Shown here: positions 39,501 through 52,955 of the stretch, one piece after another
Numbering within the stretch: the first letter of the stretch is position 1
How the letters are laid out: every line of letters begins with the position of its first letter
From: Octopus sinensis
Lineage: Eukaryota
NCBI RefSeq assembly: GCF_006345805.1
Contig: NC_042999.1
Location: 41,850,001 to 41,914,000 of the forward strand
Reading direction: 5' to 3'
Length of the DNA stretch: 64,000 bases
Program-made: the position numbers and the translations under genes
The notes under the pieces: model-generated
Told to the model about the DNA's origin: nothing
What the model saw: the letters and a program-made list of their open reading frames with translations, nothing else
Databases searched by the model: none

Positions 39501-42500
39501 TATGGCTAGTGCTTTGCTGTGTACCTAATCGCTTCTGCTTTTACTGCTCTCTTGAGGGCAAACCACCATTTGTTGTTGATGATGGCTCCCGTCAAAGCCC
39601 TCTTTACTAGTGTGCTAATCCGGTCTCTGAAAACTTGTCTGGACGGGAATGATGCGTTCAGTTTCCAGTACCCAGGACCCTGTCTATGTGCCTATCTAAG
39701 TCTAGCGTACACGTCACCAATTTGTGATCGTGTAGCTGACTGTGTGGAATTGTGGACATCCTAAGTTATCCTTGTCTACTGTCCTACACAGTATCCTATC
39801 TAGATACGATCTCGACGACCCACTGCGGTTGCTCCATGTCCACGTTGGTGCATTTGGGTGGTCGAGTCGGTACCTGTCAGACAGTTGGAATCGTCTGAGC
39901 AGGTCTCTGAGGCATTTGCATCCCCTTCTGTTTCTGTCTCTACCCACGTAGTCTACATGCGTGTCCAAGGTAGCATTCCAATCCCCACTAAGAGTAAAGG
40001 ACGAGACGTTCCCAAGAATACTTCTAGACGTCGAAAGAAATCCGCCCGACCTGTTAAGGGCGGTGCGTATAGACTGATACGAGTCGAAAAGCGCACCCAT
40101 TGCTGCCGTCAACATCCAGAACGATCAGTCTACCCTCCGGGTCTACGAATATCGTCTTGACTTCGAGATCCAGGCTCTTGTGAAAAAGTACCGCGGTGCC
40201 ACTACCGCCCATCCTCGGCAGACAGGGAGCGAAATAAATGTTAAATGTCCGCCAAACATGGACTTTAGGGCCCGTGGCTCGTGGAGTCTGGTCTCACTTA
40301 TGGCTATGATTCCCAAATCATGTGACTTGATGTCATTTAGGAGGTATCCTTGTTTCCAAGGAGACCCCAAGCCACGCGCATTCACACAACCAATCTTGAC
40401 CATGATTCTATTGGGGTGTGTGCTTTAAAAACACACAAATGAAAGTACAGAGAGTTACTTACTTGTGTCGAAAGTTTGGCTTCCTCGTTCTTTGATGTGT
40501 CTTCGAGGAGGTTTCTATATAGTTTTTGGGACAGATATTTCTGGAAACCCCCTACAGCATTTGGGAAGAGGGCTTTGAGTTTGTGGTGTTGTGTTTGTGT
40601 GATGTGTAGTATTTTGATGTGTTTTGGTGGTGTGTAGTGCGTGGATGATTGCTATTTTTAAAGTCATCTTCACAAATGTTTGTGTATCCTGTGATGTACT
40701 CCATTAGTTTGGAGTCTTTTGTGTCTATCGCTGATAGCATTGTTTTTGTGGTGTTGGTGCTTGTTTTGTTGTGTATGGAGTTTTCAGGGTTCAGGTATCT
40801 CCCTGCTTTGGTTGCGATTTCTTGTTTGGTTTCTTGATCTTTTTCTTTTACCCCTGTGGCTATTTGCCATTCTGTCGAACTTTCATCGTTAGATGAAAAG
40901 TCTGACGAATCAGCAGGGGGCAAGGGTAAGGCGTCTGGGTGTGTTTGTGCGGTTGTAGATATTGTTGTGGTGCGCGGGGAGGGTGTTGCTGGGGGGTTTG
41001 TTGTGTGGTTATTGTCTCTCCTACATCCTTGGTGCTTGTCTTCTCGTTGTTATTCTTGGTGTTGGAATTGGTTTATTTTGTTGTTGGTGGTGATGATTCT
41101 GTTCTTGGCGCTGGTGTTGGTGTTGTTTGGTTGGGTTGGCTTGTTCTTTGTTGTTTTTCCTGCATTTCCGCATACAGCTTCTTGACTAGCTGTCCATATT
41201 GTGGTGTGGGCAATAATGCTGGCTTTTGTGATTTTTCCTGTGGCTGTTGTTGTTGTTGTAATTTTGCGGCAGATTTGCACTCCTTTTTGAGGTGTGCCTC
41301 ACTGCCACATGTATAGCATCGTGGCCTTCTGCCCTCGACTACTACGTATAACTTGCGGCCATCCTCAAGATGTACGTGGGTGGGGATTTTATTTATGTCC
41401 TCTTGACTTATGTGGAAGAGGAACTCTATTCTCTTTCCCAGCCAGTCCTTGTTTTCCGAAACACCGATATCTAGGATGTTTATGTCCTCCATTTCGGATG
41501 TTAAGGCGGATGTAATCCACAGTGTTGTAGTCACTTGGGGGACACCACTGATAATGACTTTCGTCACCTTCTGGCCGAGGTAACTCGGGTGTCAACGTTA
41601 GTTCATCAGAATGAAGGGTTATCGTTGAGAATTTCTTCGCCAACTCTTCATTCTGAAAAACCCCTGTACGTGTGCGAACTTGTTCGCCCAAGTCACACAA
41701 TCCTTGTATCCCAGATGGGGTGTAAGCACTTTTCGACTTTGTCTGTGCTTGCCTTTTCTGGACTTTTTGTTTTTTTATTTGTGATTTTATATACAATTGT
41801 CTTTTTTTCTCCTCATTCAGTATGTGCTGAGGTATGTGTAAGAGTATTTTTCCGTTTTGATTTGTAAAAGGTTTCTGCAATCTTTAATCTGTTGTGTAGT
41901 AAACGAAACTTTTGTTACCTTTTCTTTTATCGCCTCGGCGAAGTTTGTTGTGTTTTGTTATTGTTGTTACTGCCGGTGGTGTTGGTGTTGATGGCAGGGG
42001 TGTGGGTTGTAGGTTTGTGGTTGCTGATTATGCAACTAGCAAGGGGTGGAAAATTGCCTGCGTAATTTAGTCCTGCATTAGCGCAAATTTCGGCATTTCG
42101 TTTGCTTGTCGTCGTTATTTTTTCACTTGTTGGTGATGGAGTGAGCAGTGTGGTTGAAGGGAATTGTTGTCGTCGTCGTCGTTGTTGTTGTTGTTGTTGT
42201 TGTTGTTGTTATTGTCGTTCTTGGTGACGGCGGTGGTGTTAGTAGTATTAGTAGCATTGACGGCACGGTCTTTGGTGGCGGGTGATGTTGGTATTGTTAT
42301 TGGTGGCGACGTCTTTAGTAGGGATAGCAGTTTTAGTAGCAGATTCTGCCATGGTGTTGTTGTCGGTGTTGGTGGTGGTGGTGGACTCACTGATGGTGTT
42401 GACGGTGCTGGCCTTGCGACCTTTGTTTTGTATTTGTTGCTGTTGTCGATGTTGATGGTGGCGGAGTTGTCAGGTTCAGCGTAAGGTAACAGAGCATCCT

Positions 42501-42728
42501 GTTTTTCTGCCTCTGCGTCACGCTTGACTTGCACCTCAGCCTCGTGGTGACCAGTGGCCATTTTGGAAATAAAATGGCTAAATGAAACCACGAAGGCTAT
42601 GAGAATTTTTCTTTTAAATTTTGCCCACAAGGGGCAAAATTTTGTGTAGATATTAATCAAGTTTGCAGTGGATGTTGTTGCACAAACTTTTAAACACAAA
42701 ATATTTCACAATAAACAATTTTCAACGT

Positions 42729-42729
<1 letters not shown>
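36556..42729 (-). mobile_element. Near full-length Tx1 LINE, copy 3, many 1-bp indels
   Basis: ORF1 remnants 40450-42590 (RCYTCGSEAHLKKEC); ORF2 remnants 37033-40403 (IGCVNARGL, NFRPITLLN, DQSKAFDRV, AYADDV). GATA repeats on both sides. Confidence 0.93.
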
Positions 42730-42824
<95 letters not shown>

Positions 42825-42825
<1 letters not shown>

Positions 42826-42957
42826 TGTTTCTTTATTAGCCACACAGGGCTGCACACAGACAGGACAAATTACAAGGTAGAGCTTTTCTTTTGGGGGTAA
42901 AAAAGGGGGTTTGGTTTTCGATCAAAAGGGATCGTAAAAGGAAAGAAAGAGGACAAA

Positions 42958-42960
<3 letters not shown>
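42825..42960 (-). mobile_element. Tx1 LINE 3'-terminal stub, copy 4
   Basis: Same 3' end as copies 2 and 3; (GATA)n at 42730-42824 and 42961-43050. Confidence 0.88.
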
Positions 42961-43031
<71 letters not shown>

Positions 43032-43643
43032 GATAGATAGATAGATAGATATTATAAGTTTTGCAATTCACATTGCCATAATTTTTTTACTCTAAATTCG
43101 TCCTGATGAAATAATAGATGCATGATAGAAGGGCTTACCCTTAATCTTCTTTACTTTGCACTTCAGCTTTGAAGACGATTATAAAGAGTAGCAGATTCAA
43201 CATCAGATTTCTAATTTTGATACGAGAACACCGGAACGCAATTATGTGTTCGGTTCCCAACTCATTTCAGGTACGATACCGATTCCTGTTCAGTATGCTA
43301 TCAACAATGAACGACGAGGTATATCTTGAAAATAAATCTAGTTGTCAAGTCTTGCCTGTTTCACGTTCCCTTGGAATGATTAGCTGCTGTTTCTAGCATC
43401 GAAACATATCACTTACAGTGGGGGATAAAACTACAAAGTTACATATCCTGCTAATTAAATGGTAATACGCACCCTTATTATCTGTCATGTGTAAACCCGA
43501 GAGGTAATATTCGTATTGCATCTCTTACGTGTTTTCCCGCCAGTTGTTTGACCATTTTAGTCAGCTTTTGTCGATAACGAATTTTTAATTAAAGTACTAA
43601 CAGGGATTTCTATTTGCAACTCATTCAAATAACAAGTTGAATA

Positions 43644-44104
43644 TCTTTATATATAAAAGTGTCTCTATAATGTATTACTCAGGATCATTGTGTGATGTTC
43701 TGAGATATCTTTATATATAAAAGTAAGGTTGTGTGTCTGTCTCCTACGATTTAGATTCCTAACTACTCCCACATTTTGCGGTGCAGTTTAACCAAAACCG
43801 GGTATCTTATAGTCGGGATTCATATCGAGCCTTTCTGGGTATTAGCGCGCGTCTACGATGAATCTACGATTTAAAAAAAGATTACCATCAATTTTTCCCA
43901 TTTTTAATGCATTTTTGGCATATATAAGGGAAGTAACTCTCTAAAAATGTATTATTAAATCTCAGAACGTAAAAAGCTACAGTAACACCACCACCCCCCT
44001 TTGTGGTTAGCCATATTGAGATGGCTATTATACTCTACATCTCTAAAAATGCTTATATAGTTATTTCCCTTACAAACCCGAGCAACGCCGGGCGATACTG
44101 CTAG
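43644..44104 (+). mobile_element. Non-autonomous Helitron, family 1, copy 2, with doubled 5' terminus
   Basis: TCTTTATATATAAAAGT at 43644 and 43708; same hairpin and CTAG|T 3' end. Confidence 0.85.
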
Positions 44105-44529
44105 TCATTAATAGAATAAATAACAAAGGTTTTATCTAGCTGAACAGATAGAAAAGAATTTTTCCAGCATGGCAGCAGCTCTGAGCTGAAACTAGAGAGA
44201 AAAAAAAATTATGTTTATTGATTGCAAGTGAGGTTCTATTGCAATTTACCTTACACTATTTATGTTTGATACGTATACAGGACTTTGTCCAGTCAAACAA
44301 CTGAACCATTAGGGCCTTTGCTGGTCAGCCAGTCACCATAACACCTAAAGCTCTATTAGCCATGTATTAGCATATGTATGTGAAAGTCCAGGGCAAGATT
44401 AATCCTTCCTGTCTGGTACGTCTTCGAAATGGTATCGTCGCAGGCGTTGTTTTCAGAACACAAACAGCCAGAATAGATACTTACAAGGTATTTTGCTCAA
44501 ACAGTCATGCCATTCTAAAGTCGAGGATT

Positions 44530-44665
44530 CGTACTTTGCAATCGATCCCAAAACGACGAAAGGCAAAATTGACCTTGATGTCATATGAACTCAGAGTACA
44601 GAGATCTGAATCAAGTACTGTGAACAGTTTTAGCTAACGCCCGCACGACTCTACCACTTCACCAC
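44530..44665 (-). mobile_element. Decayed SINE family A
   Basis: atcgatcccaaaacgacgaaaggcaaaattgacct...gaactcaga. Confidence 0.5.
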
Positions 44666-46890
44666 ATAAACATAACAACAAATCAAGCTTTAAACGTAAT
44701 GGATTTTCGAGCGTTAGTATCGTCAATGTTATAAGCGCCGGTGGAACATATGAATAAGAACAGTTTAGATACTACTTACTCACTCGTCTCTTAGATATGT
44801 TGCTTTCACTGTTGAGCCAACGTTATTACCGATGCTATCGTTCATTAGAAATTTCAGCATGCTGGTGTTGCGTCTCTAAAAGTAATAAATTACGTTCTTG
44901 TATATTCTACAGAACCAATAACAGGGAATTGGAAAGGAAATGTCCTAACATAAATTCTAGCATGTGACAACTATGACTCACTTGCTTTAATCAGTCTTTA
45001 GATGTCATAAGACTATTGTAATATCAAGTAACTGATTTATGACTTCGACCCGTTATTTTTAGATATTTCTTATTTCATTTTTTTTTGAGGAGGCCATTTT
45101 TTTTATATAGTGTGGTTTAAATTTGCAGTCAAATTGCTCAAATGACAGAATTCATTATGAAAAACTAATTGTTTCTGTTATTTTAGCTAAAATTTCCATC
45201 TCAAGGTTCATTGTCCGGTCAATGAAATACAATTAGTTGTAGTAACTTTTATTGTTGAAGCACATCAAAACAACTAAAACCACATACATACTCGCTAACA
45301 CGTTTACAAACTCTCACACACACACACAGAAACAAACATTTCCACATCTATTCACGTACCAATGCAGACACCTACCTGCACACCAGCTCATATAAAAAAA
45401 AATATAAAGTAATGAAAATAAATTTTTACTAGGTCGATGAATAGCTTAAAAGATCACCAAGCAAATACCCCAATAAAATAGAATTCAACAAACCGTACGC
45501 ATGATCATATTATCAACAACATGGAGGTTTTATTTAGTATTCAGCATATTTTAGTGCTAAAACCCATAAAACAGTTTAAATTTAATTATAAGAGACACAA
45601 CAAAGCAATAAATGTCTGTAAAGCTTGTTAACTTAATAAATTACACAATTTTTACAATTATTAACTTGTATGTTTTTCAACTCTTCTATAATAATATATA
45701 TATATATATATATATAATATATATATTATATATATATAATATATATATATATATATACATGTATATATATAATATAAATAAATACATATATAGAGAGAGA
45801 GATAGAGAGAGAGACATACATACATATATACAAACATTTATATATGCATATATATATTTGTGTGTATATAAATGCGCACTAATATTTTGTTAAAAATGCA
45901 TGACTAAAATTGATGATTGTATTTTTAATGTCTTTTATTTTTTTCTATGTATTCTTTTCTTCAAAATTCTGTGTCTGTTGACTGGATATTCTACAGATTA
46001 TAACAAACAGTGTTTCGTTTATTTATAAATATTTTGTTTTTCGCCATATCGTTTTAGTATTTTATGTTAGTCATCATATTTCGATTTTGCTGTAATTGTG
46101 TAACCATATGGACTTGAGTAAATAAAGAAACATCTTTTCTGTTTTCAAATTATAATGTTGCTGATTTAAAACAGCCCCTGTAGGAAATCTTTCATACAAA
46201 TATTAGGGGCCAAAGTAGGAAAGGCGACGCTAAACACACATGCTTCTGCAATATTTATTATATATGCAAGCACACAAATTCATAGTGGGGAAAGATAGAA
46301 AGTAAGATGTAAAACACACATGCCTCTGCAATATTTATTATTTATGAACACACATCACAGCATACAGAGAAGCGTTCAGATGCACAAACATACAAGCACA
46401 TATATTTACAGGATGCCTGACAGATCAGATTTAGAGTAAAAGGAAAATCGGAAAAAATGTGACGTTCATATATTTCTCAAAGCTATGTGTGATGTTACTG
46501 AAATGATAGTGATTGAGAAAGAGAACTTCTAAAATGTGTGTTATGACCTCACTGGGCAACCGCACTCAAATGGCTTAACAGAGCATTGCAAAATAGGATT
46601 ATGGTATTAGCGAATAGAAATCCAGCAACGAAACTATAACACCATTCAGTGCAATATGAAAAGGAATGAATCCTCTGTAAAAAACTGTGAAGAATACTTA
46701 TATATTAAATATGCAGCTAGGTGCGTGCGCGTGTGGGCATGCACACTACATACATGCACATACTGACACAAACACACGTATATATATATATACATACACT
46801 TATATATGTGTGTATGTGTGTGAGTGCGTGTGTATGTATTATGTTTCCCTGAGTATATACATGTGAATACCTATGCATATATACACAAAT

Positions 46891-46935
<45 letters not shown>

Positions 46936-46937
46936 AT

Positions 46938-47002
<65 letters not shown>

Positions 47003-47062
47003 ATATATATATACATATACAGATGCATATATATATACATATACATACATACATATACATAC

Positions 47063-47100
<38 letters not shown>

Positions 47101-47185
47101 GTGTATATATATATATATATATATAATCAAAATATATATATATATGTATATGGAGAAAGAGAGAGACAGACACACAGACTGATAG

Positions 47186-47261
<76 letters not shown>

Positions 47262-47599
47262 CGCAGATGTATACATATGTACACATATAAATATGTGTAT
47301 ATGTGCTTGTTGTGTGTGTGTGTGTGTTTGTATATGAATGTGTGAGTGTGTGAGCGAGCCTGTGCGTGTTTTGCAGTCAACTAACGGCGCCATTAACTGC
47401 AGAAAATAGCAGGACATTCTCCTCGAAATAATAGGCAGGACACGTTGAAGAATATCATATTACGTACACTATGCCTGAAGAAAAGACAGTATGGTCAGAA
47501 TCTGCAACGTATTTGATCATAGTTCTGCGCAGCCGATTATCCCGGAGCCACACAACAATAAAAATAGGAAAAAACAATACCAAGAATATTTACCTTTCT

Positions 47600-47935
47600 T
47601 CTTTTATTTGATGCAATCATTTGACTGCGGCCATGCTGGGACAACGCCTTGCGGAATTTTAGTTCAAAGAACAGTCACCCTCATGTAATTTTTGCAGAAC
47701 ATCTGAGTTATAGAGATGTAAACACACCTTCATCGGTTACTAATCGGTGATGGCAAACAAATACAGGTACAAAGACATTTACGACTGGTGTCTTACTCTT
47801 TCCCTCTACCGAACACAAAACAAGGTTGTGGTCGACCTGGGATCATAGAAGAAAACACTTGAACAAGGTGAAGCATAGTGGAACTGAAACCGCAAGCATG
47901 TGGTTCGAAAGCAAACATTTTACCACACCGGCATA
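47600..47935 (-). mobile_element. Diverged full-length SINE family B
   Basis: tcatttgactgcggccatgctgg...gatgtaaacacacc...acacttgaacaagg...ggaactgaaacc. Confidence 0.65.
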
Positions 47936-48077
47936 TATGTATATAATCATAAACCTCATGCGCGCGCGCACACACATGCACACACACACGCTCGCATATA
48001 TGTATATAGCCATATATATGTATGTGCGTATGGTATATATTATATATATATATAATAATAATAATATAATAATAATA

Positions 48078-48126
<49 letters not shown>

Positions 48127-48187
48127 TGTTTGAGTTGCCTAATAGTGGTTTTATCGCTAATTTTATTTATTATATATATATATGTAT

Positions 48188-48242
<55 letters not shown>

Positions 48243-48457
48243 TTTAGAAATTTTAGAAATTTCACCACCAGTGGTCAATAGACAACATATTCGCAAAATA
48301 AAATAGTGTACATTTAAACACAAAAGAAACTACCTTTAACAGGTAATTTTACACGCTAGAAGAAGCAGTCAAAACGACCAAAAACCACATTTAAGATCAA
48401 TTTCGTAGTGAATGAAAAATAAAAACTTTTACCATGTTATTTTTTTACAGTCATACC

Positions 48458-48706
48458 TAGATTTCGAATTTTATTTAGCTAATAAAATAATTTGCTAGGC
48501 GAAATTCTCATCAGTGACCGCGCCATAACATTAACATATAATTTAGAGACAAATAGCACGTGTCTCATCATTATATATTACAATTTTTCAAATTCCCCAC
48601 GCATGCGTTATTTGTCACTAAATTAAATGTTAATATTATGGCGCGGTGACTGGTGAGAAATTCGCCTAGCAAATTATTTTATTTGCTAAATAAAATTCGA
48701 AACCTA
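48458..48706. mobile_element. MITE with ~105-bp TIRs
   Basis: tagatttcgaattttatttagctaataaaataatttgctaggcgaa... versus ...ttcgcctagcaaattattttatttgctaaataaaattcgaaaccta. Confidence 0.75.
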
Positions 48707-48850
48707 TATACTTGGAAATGGATGCGTGGGCGTTCAATCATATAATAATATAAATAATATATATATTATTTATATTATATATATATATATATGTATGCGT
48801 GTGTGTGTGAATATATAATATATTTACACCACACATATACATATATCTAT

Positions 48851-48920
<70 letters not shown>

Positions 48921-48924
<4 letters not shown>

Positions 48925-49455
48925 CAGCTTCCAGGCGTTTAATGGCATAAGGGATGTGCTCAAGAGAAGGTTGGACAGGACCACCCGCGCCAACCTCATT
49001 AACAGTGCAGTTCTACCTGAAATGTTATATGGTTGTGAAACATGGGCTACCACAAAGAGAGAAGAGCAGAGACTGGTAACGGCTCAAAGAGCCATGGAAA
49101 GGTCAATGCTTGGTATCTCGTTGAGAGAGCACATCAGTAGCGAGATCATCAGAAAGAAGTCCGGCGTAAGAGATGTCATTGCAGAGTATACACGCAGCAA
49201 CTATAGATGGGCTAGACACGTCGCCGGGCTCACCGATAATCGGTGGACCCACGCAGTTGTCGAGTGGTACTCGCACGAGCGGAAAAGACAACCCGGAAGA
49301 CCTCCACGACGGTGGATTTACGATTTCAGGAGGACGATTGGGATCACGTGGATGAGAAAGGCGCGATCCAGAGAGGAGTGGACAGCGTGCTGTGACCAGC
49401 GGGGTCAAATGGACGCTTGATGGACTAGTCGGTCAAGGGGATCAAGGTGATCAAG

Positions 49456-49460
<5 letters not shown>
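48921..49460 (+). mobile_element. RTE-clade LINE 3' fragment
   Basis: VLPEMLYGCETW, RAMERSMLGISL, RWARHV, KRQPGRPPRRW; short tandem tail (GATCAAGGT)n; (TA)n on both sides. Confidence 0.88.
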
Positions 49461-49502
<42 letters not shown>

Positions 49503-50128
49503 GTATTGTCATACGTATATGTGTATGAATGTGTGTGCGTGTGTACATAGCAATGTATATATGTCACATATAATGTAAAACATCGTGGAAAGGAATATTT
49601 ACTGCGACATTCGTTCAGAGATAATGCCTCTTATGGACGTGCTATGTTTAAAAAGAATAATGTTTAACAGAGGGAGACGAAAATCGTTCCAGCAACTGGT
49701 AAGGATAACGGCAGAAGCAATTTGACCGTTTTGGACCTTGAGAAAGGTCTGTGTTCACAGCCAGCTTGTTTCTTTGACGAGATTTATTTTCTCCAGTATA
49801 TAAGAAAACAGTGAAAAAAAACCTTCACTGATGTTGCTAACATAAAATCCAGCATAAAGCACGCTGCAATGTTTCTAGAAGATGCAGTTTGAAACAGAAG
49901 TTTTATGTGATGCGATAATGTGATTTAGGCGATGTGATTATTGTGGTAATGTTATTGTAGGAATAGGCGTTTCGTGTACACGAGCTCCTGCAAAAGTGAC
50001 TGGATGTGTGTGCAGGTTCAAATTAATTTTTTATACGTGAAGTACTTTATTCCAAGCGGCCGTGCCATTTTCCCTGAACGAGTAACCGTATGATCTCTCC
50101 ATCCACTCCTTCTCTCTCTCTCTCTTTC

Positions 50129-50222
<94 letters not shown>

Positions 50223-50616
50223 GTATATATACGTGTGTGTATGTGCGTATGTGTGCGCGTTTATGCGTGTTTGTGTGAGGAAAGTGTGTGTGCACATTGT
50301 GTGTTTGTGTGTGTTATAGACAAATATTACTTACATAAAAATATACTATGAAATTACGATAAAATTTACATATTCATAGACTTAATATACATAGAACATG
50401 TAAGAATTGAACATAAATATTTAATTAGCATTGTAATTAATTTGTGCACTAAGTATGATAGATTGCACAGTCGGCACATTCAGAGAAAATATTTGTGTCA
50501 TTCAGTTATATATTTTAATGATCTAAGTTCAAAACAAACCAAGTGTACAGTTCTATGTTTAAGAGATGAGGAATAATGTACATGATTTACATTATTTACA
50601 TTATTTACATTCAACG

Positions 50617-50690
50617 GGCATATGGTGTAGTAATTAAGAGCCCGGGCTACTAACCCCAAGATTTCGAGTTTGATTCCAGGCAGTGACCTG
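50617..50690 (+). promoter_or_regulatory. tRNA-like Pol III head (A and B boxes)
   Basis: TGGTGTAGTAA (50623-50633) and GAGTTTGATTCC (50666-50677); no proper acceptor stem. Confidence 0.65.
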
Positions 50691-50744
50691 AATAATAATA
50701 ATAATGATGATAATAATAATAATAATATAATAATAATAATAATA

Positions 50745-50782
<38 letters not shown>

Positions 50783-51083
50783 TAATAATAATAATAATAA
50801 TGTGAGAACTGTTGCTGCTCATGTATTTTAATTTAACTTAAAAAAAAAAAAAATGAACGAACTATTGAGTTTGGTTTAATGGCCTACCAATGTATACTAT
50901 GAGTTTCTTTGCTCTAGGAGTCGGGAAGACACTCGGCAAGAAATGGAAGCAAATTTGAAAGAAGAAAAAAAAAGTAATAATAATAATAATAATAATAATA
51001 ATAGTAATAATAATAATAACAACAACAACAACATCATCGAAAAATACCTTAGGAATGAGAACCCAGGTTCGAAATTTCCTCAA

Positions 51084-51129
51084 GACACCTGATGAAAGCT
51101 GGAAGGTATATCAGCCGAAACGTTGTGTT
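51084..51129 (+). ncRNA. Minimal type I hammerhead ribozyme
   Basis: GACAC-CUGAUGA-A-AGCUG[10 nt]CAGCC-GAAA-CG-UU-GUGUU. Loopless palindromic helix III (ACGU); extra A after A9; A.C mismatch at the base of helix II in this copy. Confidence 0.7.
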
Positions 51130-51563
51130 AGCAACAAACAAGATGAGGTCAAATATCCGACAAATTTAAATAGTGTAAATAATGTAAATAATTAACCAAG
51201 AGTAATTTTGCTTTCTTATACGAATTTTGCGATTTCTAATGTAAGCCAATGTTATGGTGGCTGCCTGATAAAGAAGTTTTCTCGAGCACGAGTGTTCTAC
51301 TATAGTTTCGTGGCGATAAAAGCTTTGTGAGTAGATTCTGTAGACAAAACTGCAAGGAACTCTTCGTATCGATGTATCATCTATCCAGGCGGAAGTGTGG
51401 CTGTGTGGTAAGAAGCTTGCTTCCCAGCCCCATGATCCTGGATTCAGTCCGATTGCGTGGCATTTTGGGAAGTGTTTTCTGCTATAGCCTCAATCCAACC
51501 AAAGCCTTGTGAGTGGATTTGGTAGACGGAAGTTGAGAAAAGCCCGTCGTATATATATATATA

Positions 51564-51667
51564 TTTTAAATGATTAAATGAAAGAATGGAGTCGAACGAA
51601 GATTTTAACAAAATCTTCGTTAAAATCTTCGTTCGACTCCATTCTTTCATTTATTCATTTTATAAAA
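51564..51667. repeat. Near-perfect hairpin with a 12-bp internal duplication
   Basis: taaatgaaagaatggagtcgaacgaagatttt-aac-aaaatcttcgtt(aaaatcttcgtt)cgactccattctttcattta. Confidence 0.85.
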
Positions 51668-51827
51668 TACAGAAATTACCACACAAGAACATGGGGTTTC
51701 TACCCTTGGCATGTAGCTACAACCGTGTTTTCTGACGTGAATTTGCTACCCAGGTATCGATTAACCGAATTATCAATACTAGGATAATTCATTCACCTAC
51801 TTAAATATATATATATATACATACATA

Positions 51828-52240
51828 CTAGCAGCTAAGCCAGGTTTCACCCGGTCTATATGGATGATGTGGCTGTGATCGTTTTCGGTTAGGCATAATC
51901 TATAACAGTGTTTCTCAACCTTATCATTTCGGGTTCCCTGTTTCGATTGGAGCCTCCAGCTGTAAGAATATTTCCTGCCTCCCCCTACTCCTGTCAGAAA
52001 ACAGCTGCAGGAGTTGTGAAGAACGAATTTGTACGTTGTCTGGGAGAATTCCATTAGAAAAAGGTTTTAATCGATTTTCTCGGTAACTATGGGGGCTAGG
52101 GAAAAACACAAGCCGCATTCAAATCTATGCACCCGTCTTCACATGTGTGCCATTTCTAACGTGAATCCACCCAGCTGTTTGGTTGTGAACCTCAAGAAAG
52201 AATAAAACGATCGCCCATGTACAATTTATATTATATATAT
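51828..52240 (-). mobile_element. Probable non-autonomous Helitron, family 2
   Basis: Minus strand ends CCGGGTGAAACCTGG hairpin-cttagctg-CTAG|T; 5' end blurred in TA repeats. Confidence 0.55.
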
Positions 52241-52292
52241 ATCTGTGTGTGTGTGTATGTGTGTATATATATGTGTGTGTATATATATATAC

Positions 52293-52357
<65 letters not shown>

Positions 52358-52618
52358 ATATATGAGTGTGTCTTTGTGTCTATGTTTGTTCACGCCATCA
52401 TCGCTTGACAACCGATGTTGGTGTGTTTACTTAGCGGTTCGGCAGAGTGAACAATAGAATAAGTCCTGGGGTCGATTTGTTCGACTAAAACAACCTTTAA
52501 GGCGGTGCTCCAGCATGGTCGCAGTCAAATGACTGAAACGAGTCAAAGAATAAAATATTAAAGTATGTATATATATATATATATATATAATATATATATA
52601 TATTATATATATATATAT

Positions 52619-52649
<31 letters not shown>

Positions 52650-52734
52650 TTTAATGACCGGTAGTAATGCATGTTCTTTCATACACACACATACACACAC
52701 ATAAATGTGTAAGTATGTATGTGCGTATGTATGT

Positions 52735-52955
52735 ATTTTTGTTTGTGTTTTGTTTCCTACTACCACCCGACAACCGGCGGTGGCTTGATCAATTCCCTGT
52801 AATTTAGCGAAAAAAACAAAAGAAAAATTGCAAGGCCAATCGAATGTATACAGGCTTAAAAGAAGAGAAATACTGTGATCGATTTGTTCGATTAAACCCT
52901 TCAAAGCGGTGCTGCAGAATGACCGATGTCTAATGAATGAGACAAGTAAAACGTA
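52735..52955 (+). mobile_element. Decayed SINE family B, 3' half
   Basis: cgacaaccgg...gatcgatttgttcga...aagcggtgctgcag. Confidence 0.5.

Larger units (their letters stand above)
50548..51192 (+). mobile_element. Candidate tRNA-headed hammerhead element with inverted 5' tail segment
   Basis: Inverted tail 50548-50617, tRNA-like head 50617-50690, (AAT)n interrupted by a 175-bp insert, HHR body 51035-51192. Confidence 0.55.
51387..52560 (+). mobile_element. SINE family B split by insertions in its internal microsatellite
   Basis: 5' half 51387-51552, 3' half 52370-52560. Confidence 0.6.

Noticed and set aside
43150-43275. Possible host exon (pyrimidine tract-CAG ... CAG/GTACG)
   Set aside because: Splice-like signals are present but there is no recognisable protein and no partner exons; it needs RNA-seq.
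50617-50690. Possible tRNA gene
   Set aside because: A and B boxes are present but the acceptor stem does not pair and there is no oligo-T terminator; it is a SINE-type head.
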